Of a DNA stretch of 64,000 bases, positions 49,420 through 61,130 are shown piece after piece (positions within the stretch are counted from its first letter, which is position 1; every line of letters starts with the position of its first letter). The stretch is taken from contig NC_088803.1 of assembly GCF_011386835.1 (NCBI RefSeq), positions 11,532,001-11,596,000 of the forward strand, in the 5' to 3' direction. Below the pieces are notes generated by a model that was not told the origin of the DNA, made no database searches, and saw only the letters and a program-made list of their open reading frames with translations. This DNA is from Chrysemys picta bellii (Eukaryota). The position numbers and the translations under genes are program-made.

Positions 49420-50425
49420 CAGTTGGTACACAACTGATTGACTGTACTCAAAGAGTAGTTATCAATGATTTTCTGTCAAACTGGGAGGGCATATCTAGTG
49501 GGATATGCAGGGTTCAGTCCTGGGTCTAGTATAGTCAATATTTTCATTAATGACTTGGATAATAGAGTGGAGACTATGTTTATAAAATTTGCAGATGACA
49601 TGAAGCTGCGAGGCATTGTAAGCTCTTTGGAGGACAGGATTACAATTCAAAACAACTTTGAAAAATTAGAGAACTGGTTTGAAATCAATAAGATGAAATT
49701 CAATAAAGAAAAGTGCAAAGTACTACACTTAGGAAAATGGGGAATAACTGGAGAGGTGGTAGTACTGCTGACAAGGATCTGGAGGTTCCAATGGATCACA
49801 AATTGAATATGAGCCAACAATGCAATGCCGTTGTGAAAAAGGTTACTATCATTCTGGGGTGCATGATTGACAGGGGCGTATGTAAGTTTTGGGAGGTAAA
49901 GATCCTGCTCTCCTGGACACTGGTGAGACCTCAGCTGGAGTACTGTGTCCCTTTATGGTCACCACACTTTAGGAAAGATGTGGATGAATTGGAGAGAGTT
50001 TCAAGGAGAGCAACAAAAAAACATTTAAAACACCTGTCCTAAGAGGAAAGGTTAAAAAAACTGGCCATGTTCTTTTGAGAAAAGAAAACTGAAGGAGGAC
50101 CTGATAACACTCTTCAAATATGTTAAGGGCTGCCATAAAGCTGATGGTGATCAATTGCTTTTCATGTCCACTAAAGACAGGACAAGAGGTAATGCGCTTA
50201 ATCTGTAGCAAGGCAGATTAAGGTTAAATATTAGGAAAAGCTTTCTAACTCTAAGGGTAGTTCAGCACTGGAACAGGTGACCTAGGGAGGCTGTGGAATC
50301 TCCATCACTGGAGGTTTTTTCTGCACAGGTTGGACACAGGGAGGGTCTAGGGCTACTTGGTCCTGTGTGCGGGGGCTGGACTTGATGATCTTTTCAGGTT
50401 TTTTTCAGCCCTACATTTTTATGAA
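49420..50425 (+). mobile_element. Old CR1 3' region
   Basis: NIFINDLD..KFADDMKL; [27 protein letters not shown]. Confidence 0.9.
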
Positions 50426-50459
50426 AATGCCAGGGGGATCTGGGTTTTGAACTCCCTGC

Positions 50460-50733
50460 GGGCTTGTCTACACTTACTGGGGGATCGACATGAGGCAATC
50501 AATGCATCAGTGGTCGATTTAGTGGGTCTAGTGAAAACCAACTAAATTGACTGCAGATCACTCTACCGTTGACTCCTGTACTCCACCAGAAGGAGAAGAG
50601 TAAGGGGAGTCGATATAGCATAGTGCGGACCCCGTGGTAAGTAGATCTAAGCTACGTTGACTTGAGTTACGCTACTAATGTAACTAGAACTGCATAGCTT
50701 AGATCGATTTACCCCCGTAGTGTAGAGAAGGCC
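50460..50733. mobile_element. Harbinger-type MITE, older relative of 12640-12877
   Basis: GGGCTTGTCTACACT...AGTGTAGAGAAGGCC, TTA on right flank; same internal hairpin, CpG-decayed. Confidence 0.7.
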
Positions 50734-50984
50734 TTAGTCTCCTTTGGAATCCCAGGCTCCAAGCCAATGAGCAGTGAAGAAGACATCACCAGGGTCCAGT
50801 CCTTGTTCATTCCAGGACAGACACAGGAATACCTCAAGTGGTGATACAATGATGCACAGGGTGTGTAAATCAGTCTCAGGTCCAGAGACCCTGAGAGATA
50901 CACTGGATCTGTCTGTGTCCAGCTGCTATTATATATTCATTATACAAGAGTCTTGTCTTTTTTTTTACTAGGAGGAGCAGTTCA

Positions 50985-51395
50985 GTGAAGTTTTGGTCGA
51001 AGGACATTTAATTAAAAGGTGGTAAATTCAATGCTAATAAAAGGAAATACATTTTTACAGAATACATAATTAGACTGTGGAACTCTTCACCACATGATGT
51101 TCTGGAGGCCAAGAGTTTAGCAAGATTCAAAGAGGCATTGGCCATTTATGTGGACAACAAAAATATCCAGAGTTAATGCAAAGCAAAGGGTTTTGGAAGG
51201 TTTAAACTCATGCTTCATGGTTTAAACCCATCTCTATTGGGAATTAGGATGAGACCTTCATGGGGGACAGATTTCCCCACACCTTCCTATGGTGGGGTAC
51301 TTTCATCTTCCTCTGAAGTAGCTGGTGTTGACCATGGTTAGAGCAAGGATGTTGGAGAAGATAGGCCATGGGTTTGAAATTCCTATGCTCCTATG
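50985..51395 (+). mobile_element. Old CR1 3' end
   Basis: Similar to the C-terminus and 3'UTR at 35690-36067. Confidence 0.65.
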
Positions 51396-52094
51396 TCCCA
51401 GTCCTCTTTCAGGAGCAAATTCTACAACATATTTTCTATTTTATCACCTCTTTTTTGTGTGGAATTAGGTTGTTTATGAGCCCTGTGTTGGACCAAAGCG
51501 AATGCCCAGCAGACTAATGATTATTGGTCAAGATTACTCAGCAAATACTGACAGATACTGACAAATATATTCACAGGAATCCGGGTGATGGGGAGAGGGA
51601 ACTGAGGAGTTACTGGGAGAAGAAGAATGGTAGGGCAAACCAGATAAACTTCTCCACAATGCTCCTGCGAATCAGGTAACTTAGAATGCAGTTTTGAAAA
51701 GTACCTAAGACATGGGGTTTGAAATATATTTAAGTGCCTAAAATGCAGCTAGGTGCCTAGTGGGATTTTGATTTCCAGAAGTATAGGTTCTTAATGCCCA
51801 TATTAGGTGGCAAGGAGTTTTTGAAAATCCCACTGAGCCTCTATCAGCTCCTTTAGGCACCAAAATGCCTTTGAAAAGCTGGCCCTTAGGAACCTAAGTC
51901 TCTTTGAAAATAAATTGGAGTCAGGTGCCTAACTCACTTAGGCACTTTTGAAAATCCCACTCAGTTCATATCTGTATCTTTAGATGTCCAAAGACCTTTA
52001 AAAATCAGGCCCTCCATCAGGTTTGAAACCATCCTGCATCTTGCATGGCTCCCTCTACCAAAAACTGCATAACAAAAGCTAACAACAACAAAAC

Positions 52095-52285
52095 ATATAA
52101 ATAAATGGAAATATTCTATCTCCTAGAACTGGAAGGGACCTTGAAAGGTCATTGAGTCCACCCCCTGCCTTCACTAGTAGGACCAAGTACTGATTTTGCC
52201 CAGATCCCTAAGTGGCCCCCTCAAGGATTGAACTCACACCCCTGGGTTTAGCAAGCCAATGCTCAAACCACTGAGCTATCCCTCC
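52095..52285 (-). mobile_element. Tortoise PolIII/SINE-type element
   Basis: Reverse complement of the 34191 and 39785 copies. Confidence 0.92.
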
Positions 52286-52649
52286 TCCCCCCCATAGCTA
52301 AACATTTGCTCATTCACTAAGAAAAATAACTTTTAATACTATGTGTAACAGCACTACCTAGTGATGTCTGCCATAACAACATTACTCCTTATTGAAAGTC
52401 AACAGGATTTAGACCTAAGTGCTTAAAGGCTAGATTTGTAAGTGTTAAGGTGCCTAAAGATGTAGATAGACACCTAACTTCTTTTGATTTCAGTGGGAGT
52501 TAGGCATCTCAGGCTAGACTCACAAAAGGATTTAGGAACCTAACAGCTTCTTTAGGCACCTAAATACCAGAATCAGGTCCCAGTGGGATCCACAAAGTCC
52601 TTGCTCAGCTGCACCCAAACTCTGTAGGTGCCTAAACTGGTGCAGTGTC

Positions 52650-52744
52650 TACATGGTCTAGATAAAACCTAGTCCTGCCATGAATGCAGGGGACTGGACT
52701 AGCTCACCTCTTGAGGTCCCTTCCAGTTCTATGATTCTATGATT
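52650..52744 (+). mobile_element. CR1 3' tail fragment
   Basis: gaggtcccttccagttctatgattctatga. Confidence 0.85.
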
Positions 52745-53355
52745 TTTGCAGCAATTTTCCCAAGGCGCCTATGTTTCTACCTCAGAGCATGTGCACTCCA
52801 GTCCCATACCGGGCGTCCAGATGCCTAAGCCCCAGAGGGATTCACAAACTGGAGGAAAATAGCCATTCCTCTGCCTAACTTGCCTGCGGGCCTGATCTGG
52901 TAGGCATTCTCAGAGGTTACCTACCGAATCAGCGCCCTGTAGACGAGTCTAGACAAAAGGGTGGTGGTGGTGGAGGGGAAGGATCTCCCTCAGAACTTTT
53001 AGCCCAGTTGTTAGGGTACTTACCTGGGATGTGAAAAGCCTCCTATGAAATTTACCACTCTACCTGAGGGAGAAAACGGATCTACCACCACTCACACGAG
53101 TACCCTAACCATTGGGATATTCTGATCGGGGGCTCCCTCAATCTCTCTGGTTGAGGCTGTTCCACTGTGGATAAATAATGAAAGAATCCTTGGGACAGAG
53201 AGAGGAAGTCTACCCATGTACAAGAATGACTTCATATCCCTGTGGTTGGACTTGACAGCCAGAGAGGTGGTAGACCCGAAATCCAGTCCCACTGCTCTAG
53301 TGAAGTTTTAATTGATATATCCACAGTGGCACAGCTTCAAGAGGAGAAGTTGCGG

Positions 53356-53486
53356 TAGGGTGACCAGACAGAAAGTGTGAAAAATTGGGACACTTTTTTT
53401 TAAGGGGTGGGGTATAGTTGTGTCTATAAGACAAAGCCCCTGATATCAGGAAGGTCCCGATAATATCAGGACATATGGTCACCCTA
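53356..53486. mobile_element. hAT-type MITE, 131 bp
   Basis: TIRs TAGGGTGACCA / TGGTCACCCTA; degenerate 8-bp TSD AGTTGCGG / GGTTGAGG. Confidence 0.8.
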
Positions 53487-54717
53487 GGTTGAGGGAGGCC
53501 TGCATCAGAATATCCGATAGTCCAATAGCTAGGACATGCACCTGAAAGGTGCGAGGCTTCTGTTCAAATCCCTTCTCCCTCTCTGGCAGAGGAAGGGCCT
53601 TGAACCAGGCATTGCTCACATCCCAAATGAGCACCCTAACCCCAGAGCTAAAATGTAGTTGCTGCTCCAGTGTAGGCACCTAATACCAAGAGAGGGTTTG
53701 TATTTGAGCATCTCAAGCAGAGGGAGGTGCCTATCTCCAAGATAGGGGCATCTTTCATTGGCTCTCTTGGGCAAGGAGCTGCCCAGAGTGCTGTTTTTTG
53801 TGGATCATAATCTAAGGCACAAATCTCTCCCTTTTCATTGTACAGGGAGCCTAGTTGGTGAATTTAGACTTGGTGAATCCCAGTGGTTTCCTAGGCCCCT
53901 AAAAGTTAGGTGTGGTAACGCTGAGTGTTACCTTGATGAAGTTTCTTTGATAATCTAGCCAACAGTTCCTAAACTTTTTGCCGGCACCCCACCATTTTAA
54001 TGACTTATTTCTTCCTGGTACCCCAGACAGCATGAAGGATGCCTTTCTGGGGGGCAAAATGGCATCCTCCACAAAGTATGACCTCACAGGCAATTTTGCT
54101 CTACAAAATGAGTTCCTCCACACAATGGGGATGACCATGACTCCCTCTGCTTAAAGACATGACCCCACTTGGGGTGACAAGTCAAAGTTTGGGAACCATA
54201 CCTAGGTGGTCTAGAAAATCTGGTCCCTGGGAAAATTTTACCCTTAATGTTCTTGTATTGCTTTTTTGGTTCTTTGATGAAAAGCAAAATTTTTCATGGA
54301 GAAAATATCTCATCTATTCCAACCTACTCTAATTCCACATTCCAACTGAATCAAGGTGATTGCTCCTCTACATTACCAAAGCAGGCAATGAGCTCATGAA
54401 GAGTGGGACCAACCTAAGGAAGGTGCACTGAACTGGCAGCCAGGAGATCCTGGGTTCTGGTTTCACCTCTAATGACTGATGTTTATATTTCTATGCATTT
54501 AAGGGACTTTATTGAGGGATAAGGCCTCAGGCCATTTCCTAGAAGGCAATCAAATATCAGCACCTTGGGTCACTCATGCACTTCATTAATAGCTAATTGA
54601 GAGGTTTCAAAAGGCCATTCCTGGGAAAGTTGAGACTTGATCCCAGATCTCTCAAATGACAAACCCAAGGTTCATCTTTTTAGCCACACTAAAGAAGCTG
54701 GGAATGGGTGACATGGG

Positions 54718-54846
54718 CTGGATCATTTGATGATTACCTGTTCTGTTCATTCCCTCTGAAGTACCTGGCATTGGCCATGGTCAGAACACAGGATACTGGG
54801 CTAAATGGACCATTGGTCTGACCCTGTATGGCTGTTCTTATGTTCA
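54718..54846 (+). mobile_element. CR1 3'UTR fragment
   Basis: Matches 35940-36066. Confidence 0.85.
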
Positions 54847-55034
54847 CATTACCTTTCAAAAGGTGGACTCCGAGCCAATGGGAGCTGGGTGCCTATCCTG
54901 CTTAGTCACCTTTGCAAACCCCACTGGGCACCTTTCTGAATCTCTTGGCACTGAAAACATTTGAAAATCTGGCCCTCCTCTCTAAAAAACCTCTGTCCTC
55001 TCCACAGCACCCTCCATACCACCTTCCAGATACC

Positions 55035-55213
55035 CAGGGCTGGTGCAACCCATTAGGCGACCTAGGCGGTCGCATAGGTCACTGCGATTTGGGGGGCGGT
55101 GACCGCGGCAGTTTTTCAGTGGCGGGACCTTCTGCTGCCTCTGTGGGGGGGGCGGCATTTTGGGATGGGACCTTCCACCGCCTAGGGCGGCGGAAACGCT
55201 GGCAGTGCTCCTG
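55035..55213. mobile_element. hAT-type MITE, 179 bp, CpG-rich
   Basis: CAGGGC...CTCCTG; TSD CAGATACC / CGGATACC. Confidence 0.8.
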
Positions 55214-55377
55214 CGGATACCTGATCTACAGAACTCTATTGCTGTCTAAAAAAACATTCATGCTTGACTGGTAGAGGTCTGTTTTGAGGACCTGAAAGAC
55301 CAGGGTTCAAATCCTATTGAAAATACGTGCAAGGAGTCCTAATGGTTCCACATGATGGAATTTGCTTCACAAGTTTT

Positions 55378-56093
55378 TGTTGTTAGATGTTTGGCTGTGT
55401 GTGTGTGTTCTCCCTGTGTGCTGTCCCAGCTCTGCATAGACAGCTGGCATAGCAGACCTTGAGTGAACCGTCCAATGACCACAAGAACCATTAAGGTTCA
55501 AAGGCGCCCAGCCAGGTTTATTGTCAATGAAGCACAGTAATAGAAAGTAGTAGACTCTACGAGGATACTAAGACATGTATGCCCGTGACAATGGATGCAG
55601 CTTACTGAATGGCAGAACTTTCCACTGCTTCCTTGGCTGGACAAAGATACTCTCTCAGAGTTACCTCTTTATACCCTGATACAAACAAGTTAGTACTGCC
55701 CCTCTGACATAGTTAGTTACTGTCCCCTAATATGGCTAGTTATTACCCATCTCCTTGTACATGAAAACATCTCTATTTATTACACTGTCATCCTGACCTT
55801 ATCTTTTAGGAGGGGTCAGTGTGTTCCTGTTATCCTTGGGGAATGTTTTTTTTTACCATCCTTGATATTGGGATGTTCCGGTACCTCTCTTCTGGAATGT
55901 GTGTTTCTGCAATATCAGCCCTGTTCTTGCCAGATTCTGTGAATTTGCAAGCAGGCAGAGCCTGATGTTTATTCACAGCCTGACTTTTGCTAACTTTGCT
56001 TTAGATCAGTAAAGCTTGCCCACTACTTTACCTCAGGCCTCATAGCAGGCCTTTGACCCAAGGGCTTATATCTCAGGCTCTCTTCCTACTACA
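55378..56093 (-). mobile_element. Solo LTR, 716 bp (ERV-like)
   Basis: TG...CA; perfect 5-bp TSD GTTTT. Confidence 0.92.
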
Positions 56094-56299
56094 GTTTTCT
56101 TTTGAAAATCTGGTATATTTAATTTGCACAGTGAGAGGACGTACCTAAAAACAATTGCGTAGTTTAAAAAAACTATGTTGAGCCACACAACAATAACTAC
56201 AACAACAACTATGTTGAGACACACAACAAAAACCAAGTGTTCTGCATTTCATCACAGATTTGGATTGCTTGTTTCAACGCCGAAAGGTCAGACCATGGT

Positions 56300-56540
56300 G
56301 GAAAACTTTAAATTTATGAGCTGTGTTGAGTTACTCTCTATTAAGCTGATGTACATGAGAATCATGCCACTTAGTTACATATTTAGAACACGTTTTGTTC
56401 CTTTGGTATTGGAGTGTAAAATGATTGTGGTGTCATTTCCCAAGAGTACATCTAGCATGATTAAAAGACCTGTGCCCATACACAAAGACCGTGCAAAGTC
56501 AGTGAAGACGTCTCTCTGTGATCCAGATGAAGGTAAGGAA
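56300..56540 (+). promoter_or_regulatory. Candidate promoter/first exon of OR 57816
   Basis: TCCCAAGAG (56438); TGATTAAAA (56458); donor AAG|GTAAGG at 56532/56533; homologous to 43780-43998. Confidence 0.55.
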
Positions 56541-57815
56541 TACTGTATTTTGGGGAACCCAAGCAAATGTTAGTTATGGGTAACACTTTCAAAAGCACCT
56601 GATGTAATTAAGCACCCATTTCCCATTGATTTTCAATGAATACCAGTGTTTCAATGATTTACAAACCAGTCAATTTCAGGAAGACTGTCATTATGTAGAT
56701 GCCGTTCCATCATCTATGTCTGAATGTCACACACTGTTATAGGGTCGCTGATTCAGGACAATCTTCATTCACTAGTAAAAAGTAAAGGTAGTTATATTCT
56801 TTTTTTTCTTTCTTTCTTATAATAATAAAAAAGGCACTCATCCACATGACCCTGGATCTCCTTGACATAAGTGGCTAGCAAATGCAATTTCTGATCTTTC
56901 CCCATGCTGAAGCTAGGAGGGACAATAGTCGGAGGAGGATGAAAGTGACATGCAGGGACCCATATTGTGCAGAAACTAGGGATGGAACTGACAAATGGAC
57001 CTGATTCCTGTGCTGAAGCCAGGAGGTGGGGGAATTAACAATAGTAACTGTCTGCCTTTATATCTACCTACTCTGACAGAGCATCTCACTATCTTTTACA
57101 ATATACATTTTTCTATAAAATCTAGATGCCTTACAAAGAAATAACTTCCACAGTTAGAAAATGAACTAATTTCATCCATACTCCCCAGCGGCAATTTAAC
57201 TAAGAGAAGAATGGTCTTTCCTCTTCAGACAATTGCTATTGAACAAGGTAAGGTAAGAACTGATCCAAGTAATTTATCAGGCACATTTTGTCTCTTTTTC
57301 TTCTAAAGCTGTATCTGTGAGCAGACCATGATTTCCTGGAGTGGCTTCATGATTTAAATGTGTTAAATGAATGTGTAAATGAATTATTTTATTTGGATGA
57401 ATCACTCTGATAGGGCCTGATTCCCATTTACACAATAGTTTAATAGATTCAGAGTTTAAGGCCATATGATCCCCTACAGTTTTTGCAGGTGCCAGTATGG
57501 ATGATGACTATAAGAAAGTTGACCACCATTTTCCATTATTGATAATAGAAGTGAAGGTAAACTGCCCTGAGTCAAGATGGCTTTGATGACCAAATGTGGC
57601 CCAGGAAGGGCCCCGGGGAAGATTCAGGTTGAGGGGAAGGGAGACAAGCAAGGAGATGGGGAAAGAAAGGGACAGGATGGAGCTCCCTTCTTGTATAAGT
57701 TATCTAAGCTGCTTTGCTGTTTTTCCCTACCTGTCACTACATTCAGAAATTTTTACTATATTGCCTTCTATCTTTCCTCAGGAATAAATACTGTCCTGAG
57801 GAACTGAGAGCCCAA

Positions 57816-58829
57816 ATGGCAGGAAGGAATCACACCGTTGTCACTCAGTTCATTCTCCTGGGTCTTTCTGACCTTCCAAAGATACAGGCTTTATTCTTCC
57901 TGGTGTTTCTAGCTACCTACGTGATCACTCTGACCAGAAATCTTCTCATATTCACCCTGACATTGGCTGATGCTGCCCTCCACACCCCCATGTATTTCTT
58001 CCTCATGAACCTGTCCTTCCTGGAGATCTGCTACACCTCGGTCACCCTGCCCAAGATGCTGGCCAACCTCCTCTCGGAGGATAAAACTATCTCCTTCACT
58101 GGCTGTGCTGTGCAGATGTATTTCTTTCTATTTCTAGGGGGCACAGAGTGTTTTCTTTTGGGGGCGATGGCTTATGACCGCTATGTTGCAATATGCTACC
58201 CCTTACGCTATACGCACATTATGAACCATACCAGATGCTCAGAGATGGCTGCTGTGTCATGGATCAGTGGTCTCCTCACGTCCTTGGGACACACCTCAGT
58301 AATATTTACCTTGCCTTTTTGTGGATCCAATGAAATTAACCATTTCTTCTGTGACATCCCCCCAGTATTGAAGCTGGCCTGTGGGGTCACTTACCTGAAT
58401 GAAATCGCCGTTTTTATGGTTGCCCTGCTATTCATAACATTTCCCTTTGTGTTGATTCTGGTCTCCTACCTTCTCATCCTCCTGACCATCCTGAAAATGC
58501 CTTCGGCTCAGAGTAGGCATAAGGCCTTCTCCACCTGTTCCTCACATCTTCTGGTGGTGACACTATTCTTCGGGACAGGAATTGTCACGTATCTGCGCCC
58601 CAATTCTGCATATGCACCAGTAACCAACAAGCTGCTCTCTCTCTTCTACACAGTCATCACCCCCATGTTCAACCCCCTTATCTACAGCCTGAGAAACAAG
58701 GAGGTGAAGGGGGCTCTCAGGAGAACAATGGCCAGAAATTGCTTTCTTAAAGGAAACAAATGTATCATAATTATGGGGCAAGGTCCTCGAAGATGGATAG
58801 GTTTGTGTTTACAACACCTGAGGGTCTGA
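57816..58829 (+). CDS. Olfactory receptor, OR10-like; open, 337 aa (start MAGRNHT); GN-to-RN change and extended C-terminus
   Basis: Canonical motifs otherwise intact; acceptor AG at 57780-57781. Confidence 0.93.
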   Translation: MAGRNHTVVTQFILLGLSDLPKIQALFFLVFLATYVITLTRNLLIFTLTLADAALHTPMYFFLMNLSFLEICYTSVTLPKMLANLLSEDKTISFTGCAVQMYFFLFLGGTECFLLGAMAYDRYVAICYPLRYTHIMNHTRCSEMAAVSWISGLLTSLGHTSVIFTLPFCGSNEINHFFCDIPPVLKLACGVTYLNEIAVFMVALLFITFPFVLILVSYLLILLTILKMPSAQSRHKAFSTCSSHLLVVTLFFGTGIVTYLRPNSAYAPVTNKLLSLFYTVITPMFNPLIYSLRNKEVKGALRRTMARNCFLKGNKCIIIMGQGPRRWIGLCLQHLRV

Positions 58830-60290
58830 CCCATAGTTCAGACAAGTCAGCAATGACGTAGAAATTTTCAAACAAAGGGGAATATGGAGTGTGCTTGCAC
58901 AAAGCCTGTAGATGCAGTGATCGAGATATAGAGATGAGGGCTATACAGTTGGTATCAGTCCTTTACATGTCTGCTTTGTCCAAGACAGGATTAAGAGATA
59001 TCCCTCTTGATAAAACCAGTAGAGCTGGGGGTCAACATTTTTCTGCTAAAATGTTTTCCCCCATGCCAATTGGAAATGACTTTTCTTTTAAAGAGAAATT
59101 TTCACTCCCACCCAAAAATATTTTTTGGGGGGGGGGAGCAGTAGGGAGTTGGTGGAAAAGCCTAAAATATGGAAATGTTTCTCTTTCCTGTAACCAAGTT
59201 GCAAAATGTCAAAATCTCCAATAAATAAAGAAATATATTTTTCAGTTGTTGAAAGTACAACAACAAAACATGTTTTTTAGAGTTTTCAGTTTCTCAATAA
59301 AAAAATAAAAACAATTCTTGAACAAAAAAGTTATTTTTGGCATTTCCCACAGAACCCCTCCCCCCTCCTCTGCAATAAATATATAAAATTTGTGACCAAC
59401 TCTTGAAACCTGGCAGCAGAGAAAGGGAGCTAGAGAGCCAGAGGAAACTGTAGGGTCTGTCTGTGTCCAGCAGTCTCAATAAAGAATCTTTTCTACTGTG
59501 AAATTCATTATGGTGGGAGGAAGTTTTGGGCAGAAGAGGGTATGAAGGAGGTATGAAGGATGCCTGTAATATGTAATGAATATAATATGTACATCTTTGC
59601 ATTAGATTGTTATTGCATTGTTTGCTAGATAGCTATTAAGGGTTAAATCAGACACATCCACAAGAAAGGAGGTCACAGCCCAGATAGGAATTCCTCAGCA
59701 ACACTCTACATTTATTTTCTATGATATGTTATCTCTGCCTAGTGGGTTGCTTAAACTGGTTTGACCAGGCTAAAGAGACACAGGGACTACTGAGACAACC
59801 CTATTTCCCAAAAATGGGGGTGTTTGGCTAAGTCAAGTGAAGTCATGATTATTAATAGCCACTCAGCCATAGGCAAATGCACCAATATCAAAAGATATTA
59901 AAATAAGACTTAAAAACTAACACCAGTATTTTAAAATATTCATATATATTTAAAACCAACATAAATCATTATATCATATGTTATCACCAAGCTACTTGCT
60001 TTTTCTTTATTTTAGTGGCTGACCATGCAAAACAGGCAATAACTTGGATCGCAGATATATTGCCAATTCCTAGTAAATATTCCATTTTCTGAGCAGTCGT
60101 AGAAAAAGGGACAAAAACACAGAAAGCCATTTTGATCTCAAGTGGCAATACAAAGTACAATCCAATAAAAAATGCAGTAGGTCTTTCACCTGCCCAAAGC
60201 CTAATGGACAGAAGTAGTTACATTTCTCAGTGCCTGTATATCAGCCTTCTAAGTAAGCTGACGGCATAGATTGAAAGCAGAGAGCTGTAA

Positions 60291-60546
60291 CTTGACTTTA
60301 GCAAAGCTTTTGATACGGTCTCCCACAATATTCTTGCTAGCAAGTTAAAGAAGTATGGGCTGGATGAATGGACTATAAGGTGGATAGAAAGCTGGCTAGA
60401 TCATCGGGCTCAACAGGTAGTGATCTATGGCTCCATGTCTAGTTGGCAGCCGGTATCAAGCGGAGTGCCCCGAGGGTCGGTCCTGGGGCCGGTTATGTTC
60501 AATATCTTCATTAATGATCTGGAGGATGGCGTGGATTGCACCCTCA
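60291..60546 (+). mobile_element. Internal RT fragment of a young CR1 lacking both ends
   Basis: [31 protein letters not shown]; close to reverse complement of ~9965-10225; CpGs retained. Confidence 0.9.
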
Positions 60547-60597
60547 TATGTTTTGTGCAAATAAGAAATTGCCCCCTACTGGAAGGAATGAGACTTG

Positions 60598-60600
<3 letters not shown>

Positions 60601-60634
<34 letters not shown>

Positions 60635-60651
60635 CACACGCACACACACAC
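60601..60651. repeat. (TG)15 followed by (CA)n
   Basis: Direct reading. Confidence 0.95.
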
Positions 60652-61003
60652 TGCCCCCTGTCAGGGGAAAGATATTTTCTTGATGTGTATGGATGTCTCA
60701 TTTCTGTATCTGTGGGGAGTGGGGAGAGAAAGGGAATTGGGAAATCAGAGAGTTGTAAATAAGCAAACACTCAAAGCCACAAAGGGTTCACATGAGCAAT
60801 TCCATCAGGGACCATAGGAATAAACACAAGCGTTTACACTTGAATGTCCTGGATCTCGCTGGTGCTGGTAGCACGATGTTCCCATTGAGGTTAGTGGGAG
60901 ATGAAGGCCCTCCATCCAGCCATTCACAGGATAGGACCTTCTTATCTGTTGGGTTTATTTTTAAAGCTGAAGGATAAATGACAATTTACCTTTAAAAGAT
61001 ACC

Positions 61004-61130
61004 TAATTAAACCCAAAATATTTAAGGGAACTTGTCCCTGGAGACTCAGAAAGCAGCTGAAATACCTCTAATCCACCCAGACCTTCATTCACAGCAGATG
61101 CAGGAGTGCTGCCTGGATATAGAGGTAAAT
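61004..61130 (+). promoter_or_regulatory. Candidate promoter/first exon of OR 62858
   Basis: TAATTA at 61004 (within CTAATTA); TCCCTGGAGA at 61035-61044; donor GAG|GTAAAT at 61124/61125. Confidence 0.45.

Noticed and set aside
56172-56232. Short direct repeat aactatgttgag.cacacaacaa x2
   Set aside because: Ordinary slippage duplication.
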